A DNA stretch of 63,465 nt, filler included, from Reticulomyxa filosa (taxonomy: Eukaryota; Protista; Foraminifera), in assembly GCA_000512085.1 (NCBI GenBank). It is 26 parts of 26 records of this genome, joined end to end, with 100 filler letters (N's around TTAATTAATTAA, not from the genome) between each part and the next. Parts side by side here need not be neighbours in the genome. Positions count along the whole stretch, not along the records: positions 25,526 to 26,660 come from ASPP01011475.1; positions 26,761 to 28,342 come from ASPP01027113.1; positions 28,443 to 31,990 come from ASPP01006658.1; positions 32,091 to 35,808 come from ASPP01022900.1; positions 35,909 to 38,044 come from ASPP01003032.1; positions 38,145 to 39,828 come from ASPP01000913.1; 20 more parts are not named here. One strand, given 5' to 3'. Positions 25,559 to 39,828 of this stretch are shown here, piece after piece. Each line of letters starts with the position of its first letter. The first letter of the stretch is position 1. A model generated the notes under the pieces. It worked only from the letters and a program-made list of their open reading frames with translations. It did no database searches and had not been told where the DNA came from. Made by a program: the position numbers and the translations under genes.

Positions 25559-25964
25559 TTATTCACCAGACATTTCAGGCAGTATAGACAAATCAGGGAG
25601 CATAGGAGTAGGCAAAGGAGTCAAAGAAGGACTTCGCTCTTCAGCAAATTGATTGGACTGAGCATCGTGAAGAGGCAAGCTCAGACTGATTTCATTGTTT
25701 TTATCTTCGCTAAGTGATATGCTATTGCTGGAGGTATGCCCTCCAATGCTATCGTCTCTGTGATGCGAAGCAGTGTTTTTCAGAAGCTTCAACTTTTCAA
25801 TAGCAGTAAATATGGACGGGCGCTTTCCTTTGTCCCACGCCTTCAAAGCCTTTGATCTGATGCTCAATTTTGCAATTTGACTTGTTGCTTGATCGTCATC
25901 GTCGTTGTTGTCTTCATCCTCGACGTTAATATTGTCATTATGTTTCTTTTTGTGAAGAAGATTA

Positions 25965-25998
<34 letters not shown>

Positions 25999-26604
25999 GA
26001 ATGTGATTATGATCATTTCCATTTTCAATTGCAATCACATTCGCATTCATTGTATGTTTATTTTTTCCGATTTCGTTTGCATTTGTGCCGGATTGGTATT
26101 CCCCGCTTTCATTTTCAATCACAATTTGCGTTGGCTTGTGTTTTGCATGTTTGCCTTTGTTGTCCGAGCGTGCCACCCCTTCCACATGCTCGAGTTCTTT
26201 TTCTTTCTCATTTTCGTTTTCATCTCCATTTGTTGCTGTTGCCTTTGCTTTTTTGTCTACCTTTTCATCTTCGTCTCCACTGCTATTGCTATTGCTATTG
26301 CTATTGCTATTGCTATTGCCATCTCCGTTTGTACTTGCATTGCTACTTACATTTGCAAGCTCATTTGCAAGTGCACTTGCGAGTTCGTTTTCATTTTCTT
26401 TTTCCTTTTCTTTCTTCTCTTCGTTTGCGTAAGGGATACTTAATGCCCCTTGATATTTTATCAACTGCACGATGAACCCGGCATTGGGGTTACTTTGCTC
26501 TCGCTTCGATTTCACGAGTTTCAGCGCCTCAATCGCCGTCATCGAGTATTTTTTCATTAAATACGCCGACACGATTGTTACTGAGCGCGACATTCCGGCA
26601 AAGT
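25559..26604 (-). CDS. Dual-specificity protein phosphatase exon with long low-complexity tail
   Basis: (C)FAGMSRSVTIVSAYLMKK..EALKLVKSKR..NPNAGFIVQL = DUSP CX5R/AYLM motif. Confidence 0.92.
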
Positions 26605-26605
26605 C

Positions 26606-26636
<31 letters not shown>

Positions 26637-28009
26637 AAAGGCTACAATTAAAAAAAAAAANNNNNNNNNNNNNNNNNNNNNNNNNNNNNNNNNNNNNNNN
26701 NNNNTTAATTAATTAANNNNNNNNNNNNNNNNNNNNNNNNNNNNNNNNNNNNNNNNNNNNATAAATGGTATTATATGAATATAATCCATTTTCTCAATGA
26801 AAAATAAAGATTTAAACCTTAATTTTTTTAAAATACTAATCTTGTATTTTTTAAAATTAAATTCCTTTTTTTTTTCTTATTTTCTTTATTGTTGATATTT
26901 TTAATTGACATCATTTTATCTGAATGAAGTTAAACATATGACATGTTACACCCAAAAATAGTAATGTAGAATTTTCTTTTAGGAAAAAAAATATTGGAAA
27001 AATTTTTAAAAATTTCTATGTATTAAATCTATAAATAAAACTTTGCAATATGCCTTGAAATACAAATAAATCAAAAATTAGTTTTTTTCACACGTTTTGA
27101 CTGACAAAGAAAAGTAAGAAGCATAGCAGGACATTCTCTTTACTGAATTACATTTTAAAGGAAAAACATTCCTGATATGCTGGTGATTATGAAAAGTATA
27201 ATAGAAAATTATCTCTTTTATTGTTCACCAAATTGTGCTCTTGGACGTATTTTGGACTAATTGCATATTTGCAAAAAGTAATTTTGAAGAGAACTCTTTG
27301 ACTTGGAGATTGCAAAAGACACAAAAGAAGACATGTAATATTTTTTATTTTTAATACTAGCAAGAATCTTTAACTGTCCTAAGAATTTTCAAAAAATGAA
27401 AAAAAATATTAACGATTTTTTTATGATTTACTACATTTTTATTAAAAATCAAAGGTACTTTTTGATTCTCCACAACGTCGAGATATCATTTTAAAAAAAT
27501 TTTGAAAAAACGTTAATTTTTCATCAAAAAAATTGTAAATATTTATAATGATGTATTTTAGGGTCTTTTTTTTTGCAGTCGATTGTAACTGCAAACTTTT
27601 CCCTACTTTACTTTGATAAGTTGATGAAATATGAAATATTTTAGATTTTTAAAAGGCAGAAGTACACGGAAAAAAAATTCATTTTAAAACAAATTATGAT
27701 TTTCTTATCATAAAATTACAATATCCATTTTATCGCACAACACTATCTTGAAAAGTGCATACAAAAATCTTTCTTTATATATATGGTGATTATCTGTATT
27801 TTAACGTTTGTGTGAGTTTACTTACCTATTAATATAAACTGACAACAAGGAAATATATGTAAGAAGAATTTAGTTTCAAAGTTTTAATCCAATAAACTTT
27901 TGTTGTGTGGAAAAAAGTCTTGTATATTTTTTTCCAATAAAAAATTATTCTAAATATTTTGCGGTTTGCCATTTTCTTAGAAGAAGTCAAAAATGGGTTT
28001 GGTTTGGAG

Positions 28010-28285
28010 CACAATCGTCAAAAGAGACACATACTGAGGTGAAATCCTCAGATGACTCGGATACTGAAACGGATACTGGAGGAAGACGAGTGATAAGAAT
28101 ATTTTACAACAACACAGAGTAGCCGATAGTGTTGTATCAAGGAACACCTCTTGGAGAAATAATGAATCAGTTGAAACAAATTCTGCGACTCACTCAGAGT
28201 TGTCGGTTGTTATTCAGTGATAGTGAAGGGATACCTGTGATAATGAGCAGCAGCATTCCACACGGAACAGATGTGTTCATGGAGG
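28010..28285 (+). pseudogene. Exon with in-frame TAG (unknown small domain)
   Basis: RRVIRIFYNNTE*PIVLYQGTP..LLFSDSEGIPVIMSS reads in one frame except for TAG at 28120; GT donor follows. Confidence 0.4.
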
Positions 28286-29019
28286 TGAGATTTCTTAAAT
28301 CAACTTCACTGCGATACACTCAAAAGTACGTCTAACTTTTTTNNNNNNNNNNNNNNNNNNNNNNNNNNNNNNNNNNNNNNNNNNNNTTAATTAATTAANN
28401 NNNNNNNNNNNNNNNNNNNNNNNNNNNNNNNNNNNNNNNNNNTTAAATCTTCATTTTTCATGGGGAAAATCGATTCTCTTTATAAACATTTAGGTATGTC
28501 AGTTTTTTTTGCAATCTACTGTATTGATTTACTGCCAGCCGAACTAACTAAATTACGTATGAAGAATTCAAAACGGTCTTGGTGTAACATTCATTATAAA
28601 GTATTCAAAAAATTAAAAAGCAATCGCAAAATCACATATATTGAGTTATCCAAAACAATGTTATTTATTATTTTCAATGTGACGTGTTGGTGCTGTATTG
28701 TTACAAAATCACATTGTAACATAATTCATATTGAATTCACTTCTAAATAATTCTATAATCATTAACTAAATTAGCACACTTTATAAAAAGAATTTTATGT
28801 ATTTGTTCAATGTGCAAAAATAGATACACTATTTATTGTTGAGGCAATTTACAGTTTACACATAAACAAAAAGTTAGTTTCATTATTTGCATTATCTGAA
28901 AAGCAAGTAAACTGTCAATTATCACGATCGTCATTACAATTTAGTGAATTTTTATTTAAAACAAACACTTTCAGTAAACGAAATACAATTGTTAACTTCT
29001 TATCAAGCATCCAAGGTCA

Positions 29020-29680
29020 CTAGATATAAGTGATAAATTGTTAGTAATTACACGATCACAATGTAAGAAAAACGAAACTACGAATAATCACCAAAGTATT
29101 GATAATACTCAATGTGATGAACATATAGAACAAACAGAATCAACACTTCATTCCAGTTGTGAAATTCCCTATTACGACGATCTATTTGATAAACATAATT
29201 TTTGTGCAGCCCAACAAAACGGCACTGTATTATCATCCATTTATAAATTCGTTAAGAATATCAATGGAAAAAGCGAACATGTAAATGAAAGTAACTGCAA
29301 ACACATAACAGCTCAATGGAGAAATACATTGTACTAATAAAATTAACTTGAATACAATAGGTATAATGTTAAACAAATTATTTTTCGTGCAATACAAAAC
29401 TTAGTCATGTTGTATTTTCATTGCCACGAGATAGCTTAACATCAAGTAGATCAACGTATGTTGGCTATTTTGCAAAACAATCATCAGACAAAATTCTACT
29501 GAAGTAAGTCATTTCCAATTAACAAGACCGTTTCAAATGGTGGCAATATATATTGTTGGTCCACTGCTACTAACTGGACTTGATTGCAATATATATTTAC
29601 AAAAAGGACATGTTTACACTATATGTGGCCGCAGTTCCCCTCAAAACAAATACGGCACTCGAAATTTCATTAGTACATAA
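29020..29680 (+). mobile_element. Degenerate Ty3/gypsy-like LTR-retrotransposon integrase remnant
   Basis: LLVITRSQ linker; LVMLYFH..H zinc-binding-like segment; RPFQMVAIYIVGPL (cf. PFxxVxxDxxGPL); MFTLYVAAVPLKTNTA; many stops and frameshifts. Confidence 0.7.
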
Positions 29681-31249
29681 TAATACTTATACTGGAAAAT
29701 TTGTAACACAAATACATTTTAAGCTAAAATTCAACTTTCAATCCAAAAACAACAACATATTGTTTGCCTGAAAGTAGAATCAACACTAAGATTTTCATAA
29801 AATATAATTACTAGCTTATAATTAAATTACGCATTGTATTGCAAACAATAACTAGATAATCAATTTATCCTTTAGTTTTTATGATATCGTAACTGTACAT
29901 AAAATTGATTGTATATCTGAAAAATCAACATCTAAAACTCTCTTTTATTTAAATATTGAAAGTTTTCAAAATGTATTTCATTTTTGTCAGTTACTACATT
30001 TTATTTTTTCTACACAAATTATTTTTAGACTAAGTTATTCTTTTTAATTTTTTATTTTCATAAAATTTTTTTCAAATTTTGACTTTCATCTGGACATTAT
30101 TAGAATTGTTCACAATGTACAGTTTTTTTTTTATGTATAAGACAAAAAATTTTTTACGTAAAGTGTTTTCAGAAACATTTTTTACACGTGGCAAAAATTA
30201 CTGTCTTTTTACTCAAATTGTGTTGAAAAACGTTTCACTAGGCAAACTACTATCAAAAGCAATTAACAGAAAAAAGAAAACTATTTCAATATTTACAATT
30301 TTTCAACACAAACAAAATTAATTTAGTATTGTTCAATTTCTTGGTAAAATGTTATTATTCTGACACATCTTCGTTTTGTGACAACGTTTATTTCATTGTC
30401 ACTAGTGTTAACAAAGATTGTATAATTTAATTATGTAATTTGATATTCTTTTAATTTGTTTACTTATAACAATTGGCATAGTTTTCTGGATCACGTTTTT
30501 GTAGTATATTCAAATGTCGCATATACGTATTTGTCTAATTTAACTAAATATCGAATCGATCATTATATACGTTCAATCTTTTGTAATACTTTTTATCAAT
30601 TTATCTTGGTATATTTAATTATTAAGCACTGTTGACAGTCACATACAAAATAAATATCAGTACTACAGTTGGACAATTCAATATAGAATAAGCTAATATT
30701 ACTGCTAATTATGTGATGATTTACTGCAATGAAAACACTTTTTCCTAAAACTTATTTACTTCACTTCCGAATGGTTTTTCACGTTATTGCTTGTTTCTGT
30801 TGCTTCTGTCATTTCCCTATTTAATATACGTTCATTTTTCATTTAAATTCTATGCAAAACATCGATATGTCGTATCACTTTGTGCTGCTGAAATCACTCG
30901 TAACTATGTTTTTTGGAAATGTTTTGTTCGAATTATTAACTGTTAAAAAAGTGATAATTTTGAAAATGTATTGTAAAAATTTGCTGTAATGATTCCCCCT
31001 CAAAAGGAAAAATCTAAGAAAAAATGTTGTTTTGTTACAAATGTTGATATTGCAAATCAACACTCAAAAATGCAAACATTTTTTGAGGATAGTGAAATGC
31101 CAGATCCAAACCACCGCCGGAATGTTGTTGATGATTTGAGAAAGCCGACTCACAAACGGAGAGGATATTCTTGAGTTTGTCGAGAATGATATTTGGAGTG
31201 AAACAGGACTCACAAAACAAATAAGCAAAAAAAAAAAAAAAGGTATAAC

Positions 31250-31954
31250 TTAGGTACTGTTGATGCGGGTTTGAACAGTTTCAAAAACTTTGAAAAGTGC
31301 TTTTTGTCTAGATGTATCTCCTTTTTGAACGTGTATGGGCTTGTTGGCATTGTATGGTCTGCTTAATAGTTTTTGTTGAGTCAAAAACTGTCGATTTGCT
31401 TCAACCAATGAAGAATTAGATTGAACCAGTTTTCCAAAAAGCCGAGTGTACAACGAGACCATTTCGGTCCGATTTCGCAAGAGCCTATACCCATTGCTAA
31501 CCGACTGTACTTGTAATGGCAGAAGAGTCAAAATACCAGAGACAATATCAAAGATTTGTTTCCAGCGCACATCGGCCATGGGGTCATCAATGGAATTATT
31601 ACACAGCAGTTGCAATCGCAAGTGAACAAAGACAGGACTCTCAATCAAATGAATCAATTCGTCCATTTCCAAATAGAAGTCAATGTTTTTCTCAAAGCGA
31701 GAGCTTTTTTCGTTCAAGTAGGAGATCAAGTCCATGCCCAAATGGTACTCTTGCGCCAAGCAGCACAAGGAGAGAGCAGCAACACAAGAGCAGCTCCAAG
31801 GTTTGTACAAAATATCAAAGACTTCCTGCGACTGTTCATTTTCGTTATATTGTTTAATCATTTCGCGTAAAGGATGTAACTCTTGTGAGGTGAGTAGAAT
31901 GATATTAAGTAGCTGAACCATTTCGCGAACGAACGCAGCTTTGTCTTTGAGCTC

Positions 31955-31990
<36 letters not shown>
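31250..31990 (-). CDS. VAC14: VAC14 (PIKfyve/Fab1 complex scaffold), C-terminal Fig4-binding region, 5'-truncated
   Basis: MVQLLNIILLTSQEL..FDILYKPWS..AALSLCCLAQEY..EMDELIHLIESPVFVHLRLQLL. Confidence 0.92.
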
Positions 31991-34066
31991 NNNNNNNNNN
32001 NNNNNNNNNNNNNNNNNNNNNNNNNNNNNNNNNNTTAATTAATTAANNNNNNNNNNNNNNNNNNNNNNNNNNNNNNNNNNNNNNNNNNNNCAAAACCAAG
32101 CAAACTTTGGATTCACCGACAGCATAAAAACCTAATCAATCAGAAAAGGCTATTTTTTTTTATTTTTTTTTTTTAAACATGTGACGAAAAAATTTGACTG
32201 AGACATAACTGCATAAAAAATGCCAATGCTACAAACGACATATGTCAGTTGTTCATTCTTTAGTTTGGGTATCATTAATGTAAAGATCAAGAGATTCCAC
32301 ACTGTATACGTATGGTGCAAAATGGAGGGAGAACACACACACACACACACACACAAACAATGTTTATATACATATGTGCATTAAAAAAAAAAAGAAGTTG
32401 GTAGTGCCTCTATTTTTTTCCTTCCCTTCCTCCTCCCTCCCTCCCCCTTTCTCTTCTGAAAGTATGAAACAAAAACTGCTGGCGATAGAATGGAACCTCT
32501 CGTCGAAAAGGTTCAAGAGAAGCGTAAAGATAGTAGGATTGCTGCTTTTGTCATGATGCGCTACAAGGACAAATGTGTGAAAATACGACAGGGGAATTTT
32601 TAACAAGGCGTCAATCAACGCATATAATATTTCAAATATTAACGACTGCGTTCTCTTTTACATAATTTTTTTTTTTTTTTTTTTTTCTGGTAAGTAAATA
32701 GCATTTAATGTCCAAATAAAAACAAAAAAATTTTTTTTTTTGTCGCTGTTGTCACTATTGAACTACGTAAGTTTCGTCACAACCCACTTTCAATCCAATG
32801 GCCGAAGATAGAGCCCATACATATCGAAGGCCAAAACTAAGCCATGCCAACGTCGTTATAAATCCAAATATATCACTCACGATAGTGAAACTAATCGTAT
32901 CTTGTTGTTGGATTTGTGATGTTATGTATTTGGATTTGCTTGTCAATCTGTGCTCCAAAAACACTCGCGGAGGATACTTTTCTCGTAGTTTATGATGCTG
33001 CCGCAGGTTCAAGAACGTTTCCCATAGGCATGTGAAGGCCTGCATTATGTAAAAAGGATTATAGTAAAAATTAATTAACCATTGCTGTCAAAACTTACGG
33101 CAGAAGATAGCACCACTTCGTAATAACACGATTGTTGGTCAGGTACACTCATATAAAAATCAATTTTTTTAAATACTTTTGGGTGCAGGTTCAGCCTTGA
33201 GTTAACGCCAAAATAACATTACATAAACACGAATATGTTAGTACAATTTTTTAAGATTTATATTTTTCTACAATAAAATAGTTTGATTTTTAATTGTTAC
33301 GTGAAATTACTACGATTCTACTGGCATACTGCAGAACTAGTAAAGTCTTCATGTTCTGCTGTACTATTGATGCTCTAAAAGACTTAGGACAAGAGCTTTT
33401 TCACCTGCCAAATGCCAAAAAAATTTGTCAAAATGTTTTAAATGATGCATTTCAATATTGCTGGCCTATCTTCAGAAACATACTGCATACTCAGCAAATG
33501 CAAAAACGAATCGTCATGGTATATAATCTATTCAAAGTTTGTTTGCCATTAAACTGGTTTGGACGTAACGTTTTGCAACTGAAAATGTGCGATTACGCAC
33601 GCTCACAACAAGAAATAATAATTAAATCAAAAATTGTTATTGCGACATGTAATTAGACTGCAACGAATTTGCTAAGCACTGCCAATTTGAAATTATTCAG
33701 TTGTCGTTAAGTTAGCGGGCGTATAACATCCCATTAGGGATTACATTCTGTCATCTTTTTTTTTTTTGCAATGGATCAAAAAATGTTTGTGGCAACATAC
33801 AACGTACTTTAAGTGTAATTTTGATAAATATAAAGACGCAGTACAACAATGTTATTTTGCATTCTGAATAAACAATTGTTACAACACCCTTCAATTGTGC
33901 GTCTATCTAACATTTTTTGAAGTTAGTAACTCAAAATGAACAAAATTAGTAGCGGCGTCTATTTGTTTTGCAAAACAGAGAAAAGCAGAGAAGAGTCTCC
34001 GAACAAAAAAAAAAAAAAGTGATAGTGTGATTGCACTATGTAACGATTTTATCTTACAAAAATACG

Positions 34067-35690
34067 TTACATCGGTAGTGAAGTTAAATCAGCAATAGGG
34101 AATAGTGTGGGCCTGCCATGAGCACAAATGAACGGCTGATCACAAGTTCTGAGTGTAAGAAGGATATCTTGCATTTTTTTGCGAGTCAAACTGTCGCCAA
34201 AACGAACAGCCGACTGGCACGCTTTAGAAGCCAAAATTTTGTGAACGCAAACAGGAACAAACCCTTTTTTACCCGGAGATATGTGCTTATCAATCCATTC
34301 ATTGCATATCTCCTTTAAATCTTCAGCCAACATGCAAGTGCCATATAATATTGGAACTTTATGTATTTTGATAGCGGCAGGGCCGCTATTATCCCAATCT
34401 TTAACGACAGCAAAATCAAATCCCCAGGCTTTGAGAATTTCTTCTATTTCCGTGCATTTGCTGAATTCTTCTGCTGACACTATTTTTTTTTTTTTTTATA
34501 ATCTAAAAAAACGACTACAAGGATGACAAAAAAAAAAAAAAAACCTACTAAACAAAAGAGTGATACACAAGGGATCAAAGCTTGTTGACGAATTCGAAAT
34601 TTATGTGGACCATTTTTTTCATCCACAACAAACTTTGTCATATTTTCCAAAGTGATACGTTCATCGGCTGCGTGTTGATCAATCAATACCCTTTTTCACA
34701 AAAAAAACTCGAAGCTAATTTATAAGCATGAAAAAAAAAAAAAAAAAAAAGAAAAAGCATTTGTAGAGATAATTAACATGAAATTTCTTAATTTGGTAAT
34801 GATCCAACGTCGGTCAATTTGTCCCACACCAAATAATTCCATTTCATTTAAATCATTTTTGGTCAGCTCAATTCCATTTTCATTTCTTGTATATTTTTAA
34901 AAAAATAAAAAGCTGTGTTGAAATTGCATGCCAATGTACACAATACACATGTTACAAACTGTATCGATGCACACAAAATGGGATCCGAATTTGAGTACAC
35001 AAGCTGTTCGTTATTTTGATACCATTCGTCAATAATGTCCCTCTCTTTCTCTTTCGTATTGAATGCCTTTTGAATTTCTCGTTGATTTGGAATTGCGGAT
35101 TCATTCGATTCGGCTAATTGTTTATCGGGAGAAGAAAGCTTTTGACAATTGGGGATATCCATTCCCCAAACGGCGGTGGTATTATTGCAATGACTATTTT
35201 CGGCATTGGTAATAACATCATGGCAAAGATGATTGGAGATGGAATCAAGTGCAGTGGTGGCATTAACATTAGCATTTTCAGGGCTATTCTTTTCCTCATT
35301 GCCTAATAATACATTTTTTCCATTGGCATCTTCTCGACATTTCATCGCGTTCGTGTTGACACTAAATGTATCCCAATCAATGGCACACGACGATTTGTCA
35401 GGTTTTTCGGAACTCGTCATTTCTCCAAAACTTCTTTTCTTTGCCGAAATAAATTTAAGTGGAGGACTTGGAGAAGGTGGGGGTGTAGGTTCACAAATGC
35501 ACTCACTTAATTCGGGTGTGGCTTTACCGGAATTGCTTGAAGATTCATCTTTTTGTTCTTTTCTTTCCTGTTCTTTGTCTTCACCTTTGTCTTTCGCTTC
35601 ATCTTTTTCTTTGTCTATATTTTCTTTCGCTTTAGAGGATACAACCTCTACTTCATCTGGTTTTGCTTTTGTTTTGTCCTGCCATTCTGG
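34067..35690 (-). CDS. MLH3: MutL-family mismatch-repair/meiotic endonuclease MLH3, C-terminal exons
   Basis: GQIDRRWII; DQHAADERITLE; SKACQSAVRFGD; PFICAHGRPT: MLH3-type metal-binding motifs, several GT-AG introns. Confidence 0.88.
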
Positions 35691-38144
35691 TAACTATACA
35701 TATACATACATATATGTGTACAATACATACAGATATACCCTTTTAAATATACGTCTGTACATCAAAAAAAAAATTTTGTTCTAGACACTCGTTTTTTTTT
35801 TTTTTTTTNNNNNNNNNNNNNNNNNNNNNNNNNNNNNNNNNNNNNNNNNNNNTTAATTAATTAANNNNNNNNNNNNNNNNNNNNNNNNNNNNNNNNNNNN
35901 NNNNNNNNTGATTTACAGAAATGCCGAGTCAATTAGGAAAATGAAATTTGTTGTATTTTGTTTCATGTACATTTCACCTTAGCTCAATACAGAAAAAGAG
36001 TTGGTGTTTTCCTCATTTCAAATTTCTTTTCAAATTAGTCACAGCCTGCTCACATAAAAGGCTAGCAGATAAAAAAAATCTCCCAATCAAAAAAATAAAA
36101 AAAAAACGTTATAAAAAAAAATAGGATCATAGTGATTTTAAACAAAAGTAAGAACAAGTGCTTTGTAGTCGCTGAATATGTGAAAAATAATTCATATTTC
36201 ATACTTCTAAGTACTTATAAATGCACTTGTTCTCTTTATATGTGTTCCAGAAGGACTGCCATTTGAGATTGCTGTTTTGTGAAGGCAGAGAGATTTAATC
36301 GACGAAGTGAGTGTAATGTGCAGCTGAGGCACAATGAGTGGGTCCATATGTGCGCAGCAAGGAAACGAGGAGATTGTTTGCCAAATGAATCGATTCATTC
36401 GAATACACTCACGCCTCAGTCCGCCCTGTATGTTAAAAAAAAACAATATTTGTGCATACATCGAGTTGTTTGTTAAGTGACAATATTGCGTATGCATTAA
36501 AGAGGAAGTTATTCCAAGGATGGAATTGATACAAATTTTTCAACAATGGACATGATGTGTATGCATACCATGGAGTCACCAACATTCATTTTCGTTATAA
36601 TGCCAAATTGTTCCATTCGCTCGGAATCGCTTATAGTGATGTCTGCGTGCTTGCTTGTTGATAGCTTCAATGATTTGGAAAGAAAGAGGTATTAGGTGTT
36701 TCCATTGTCATTTGCGCGAGAAGATCCAACGTTCATGAATTGACAGATAGACAATGTCCTTAAAACGACAGTGCTTGCATCCATGTATTGCATGAAATGA
36801 ATAGAAAGTATTCAATGATCTAGTTTTTTTTTAATTTTAGTACACACTGAAATTTAGCACTTATTTAAATTGTGTAAAAACTTCAAACAAATTTTTTTAT
36901 TATAAAATAATGCCTTAAAAAAAGGACATAAAATTTACTTTAAAAATAGTGTATTTGCTTTATTCTGAAAATATCAACAAAAGTGTTTCTAAAAAGGACC
37001 TAGTTCCTTTTGTTTTATGTTCTTACTTAGTATCACAATCTCCTGGTGTCCAGCACGGTCTTTGTAATGTATCTTCTGTCCAGTTCACGACCTTCTACCA
37101 TTGTATCTAATAAAAATCTCCCTTTTTTTGGTCTACTTATTGTTACATATGCACATACATGAAATGAATGAAGAATTTAACAATGTGCTGGTCATCAAGT
37201 GTTCGAAAAAGTAAACAACATAAACGAGTATCTTATTCTCTATTATTCCAAATATGCTTTTCCAATAGTAAATATATGAATAGCGTGTCTGTATACAAAA
37301 TGAACAAATAAATCCATAAACTCAGTTGGTAGTTTTTTCCATTGAATTCATCATATTATTTTGTTTAATATGGTCTGTCTTTGCACGTGAACCATATTTG
37401 AAAAAGTGTACTTTTATGAGCATTCATTATACTTTGATTGTTATTCTTTTCTTTATTAATGAGAGTATTGTAATTAGTTTTATTAAATATAAAACTTTTG
37501 CATGACAAGAGAACGTATGAGATAAAGTCCCAGTGAACCACAATCATTTTTATTGACTTGTGGTCCAATGTTGTTGGTTGTAACTTTTCAGTTGTTTTTT
37601 TTTCCAAAATCTTTGAGCTCCAAGTCTATGTTGTGTTTGATGCCATTGTCATTATTCTCATATGGAAGTGGTTCATTCTTATGCACGCTTTTATACTTTT
37701 TTTTCATATGCGTGCATGTTTTCTTCTTTTTTTACAACTTTTGTTTTTCAAATAGATACATCCATGCAAAATCGCATATATCCAATTGTCACAAAACTGC
37801 ATTAAAATGGAATCCGTTATCAGCACACATTTACTAGACTTCGTAATTTAAAAAAAGCTGTGATACTTGTCAATATTTTTTTCTAGCAGTTTATTATTGA
37901 AAAATTTGTGAAATCTTATAAAAAACCAACTTGACAAAAAAAACTCTACAAGCTTAAACAAAAACTCCTAATAATTTTAACAAGCCCCTTCATCAATATT
38001 TTTCAACATTTCAGAGGAAAAAGTCACCATGAGCGGCCAAATAGNNNNNNNNNNNNNNNNNNNNNNNNNNNNNNNNNNNNNNNNNNNNTTAATTAATTAA
38101 NNNNNNNNNNNNNNNNNNNNNNNNNNNNNNNNNNNNNNNNNNNN

Positions 38145-39828
38145 TTTTTTTTTTTTAATAAAATCTGTTATCTTTGATTAAGCAGACAATTGCAGGAATA
38201 AGGCCAATTCCATCTTCAATTGCTGAACTGTTGCTTGTAGTAATGCAATTTGATCCTTCAGTTGTTTAATTTCTTCCAATTGATCTTTATTCTGTGTTAA
38301 GAATATCTATCTGCTTCCGTTGCTACCACTTGTTCATTTACTTGATTTTTGTTTTTTGGTTTTGCTATAACCTCTTTGTAATTTGGAACTTTGGAAGTTT
38401 CTTTGAAGTCTTTTGGATTTTTGCTTTTATTTTCACTCTTTCTTGTTTTGGACACAATATTGAAGTGCCCTTTGAACGTCTTTGGCATTTGAGAATATTA
38501 CTTTCACAATTGGCATATCCTTAAATCCTTCCACTTAATATCCAAGTTCTTCCAATGTGTCAATAACTTCTTGAGGAGATTCTCGTGTTGATACATTTTT
38601 TAATAACATGCACCGATTTGTTTCAGGATTTTCTTGCTTTCGTTTCTCCAATTGTTCAGAAACTTAATCTTTTCTGATATTGAACAGAAAGAGATGCTTG
38701 TTTCTTGTTCTTTAATTCTTGCTTGCCATTGTCCAATCTTCACTTGACTTTGAAAATGAACAAATAACGTTTTCCATGATTGCAAAAACGTGCTTTCAAT
38801 TTCTTCACAAATATTCTCTCTTTTACACCAATTCTTTTCCATTCACATTTGTAAAAACCAATGTTGGACTTGTCTTGCATCATCTGGTTTCGATCAATTG
38901 GTTTGATTTCAATATATTGTCTTCTTTTGTTTACATTATCAATCATTTTTTCATCACTATTAATCGAATGTGTGACTGTCCTTGCACTTGGCTATGCGAT
39001 TGTATATTATCATTGATTTGGCTTGGCAATGATAATAATGAACCGACAGTCGATTTACCAATCGACTTTGTCCTTCCCTTTAAACTATTACGTTTGTATA
39101 TTTCTTCTTGATTCGCTTGGAATTGATGTCATTGTTTATCCAAAATCTTGATATTCGGGTGGATCGTGCCTTGATCTCCAAATGATTGGTCTTCCACTAG
39201 CCTTATGTATATCCAAATTACTTAATAACAATAACAAAATTCCAATGATAATTTCAAATAACAAATTTGTAATATCCTTTTGATTTTCCAATGACCCTTT
39301 TTAAGGATCCCAAATAGATATTCAAATTAATTTATCCAAAAATTTCCAATAAAATAACTTTACTTCAGGAAAATTCCTAAGTAAATGGCCTTTAACAATA
39401 TATTTGGTCCAAGATTCGACTGCTTTGTCCAAAGGATCTTGATCTCTCGATACAATTGGATCAATAGATTTCATCCAATTTTCAATATTCCTTTTCAATC
39501 TCAATCTAATTGTTCCCATTTATTACTTATCAGATTCAATCTTTTGTCGTTCAATTCGTGGTGAAGACCACGTGGTTTTGATATTGAACGTTGGAGATGA
39601 TCTGAGTGTACATCCAACTAAATAGAAGAATAGACGATGAACATAATGTGATATCAATGCTTGATATCGCATTATCTTTCATGAACGTGCAGTCAAATGG
39701 CAATGTATTGATAATGCATGATCCATTGGATACAATGAAATCAAGGGTACACTTACCCATCGTCGATATTATAATCCAATCATGCAGGGTGATTTGCATT
39801 CCAATCTCCTCCAATGACAATATATTCA
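38145..39828 (-). mobile_element. Degenerate non-LTR retrotransposon remnant (APE endonuclease C-terminus plus linker; further decayed ORF)
   Basis: TFMKDNAISSIDITLCS followed by LDVHSDHL (APE SDH motif), then W..RLRLK..LDKAVESWT linker; many stops. Confidence 0.65.
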
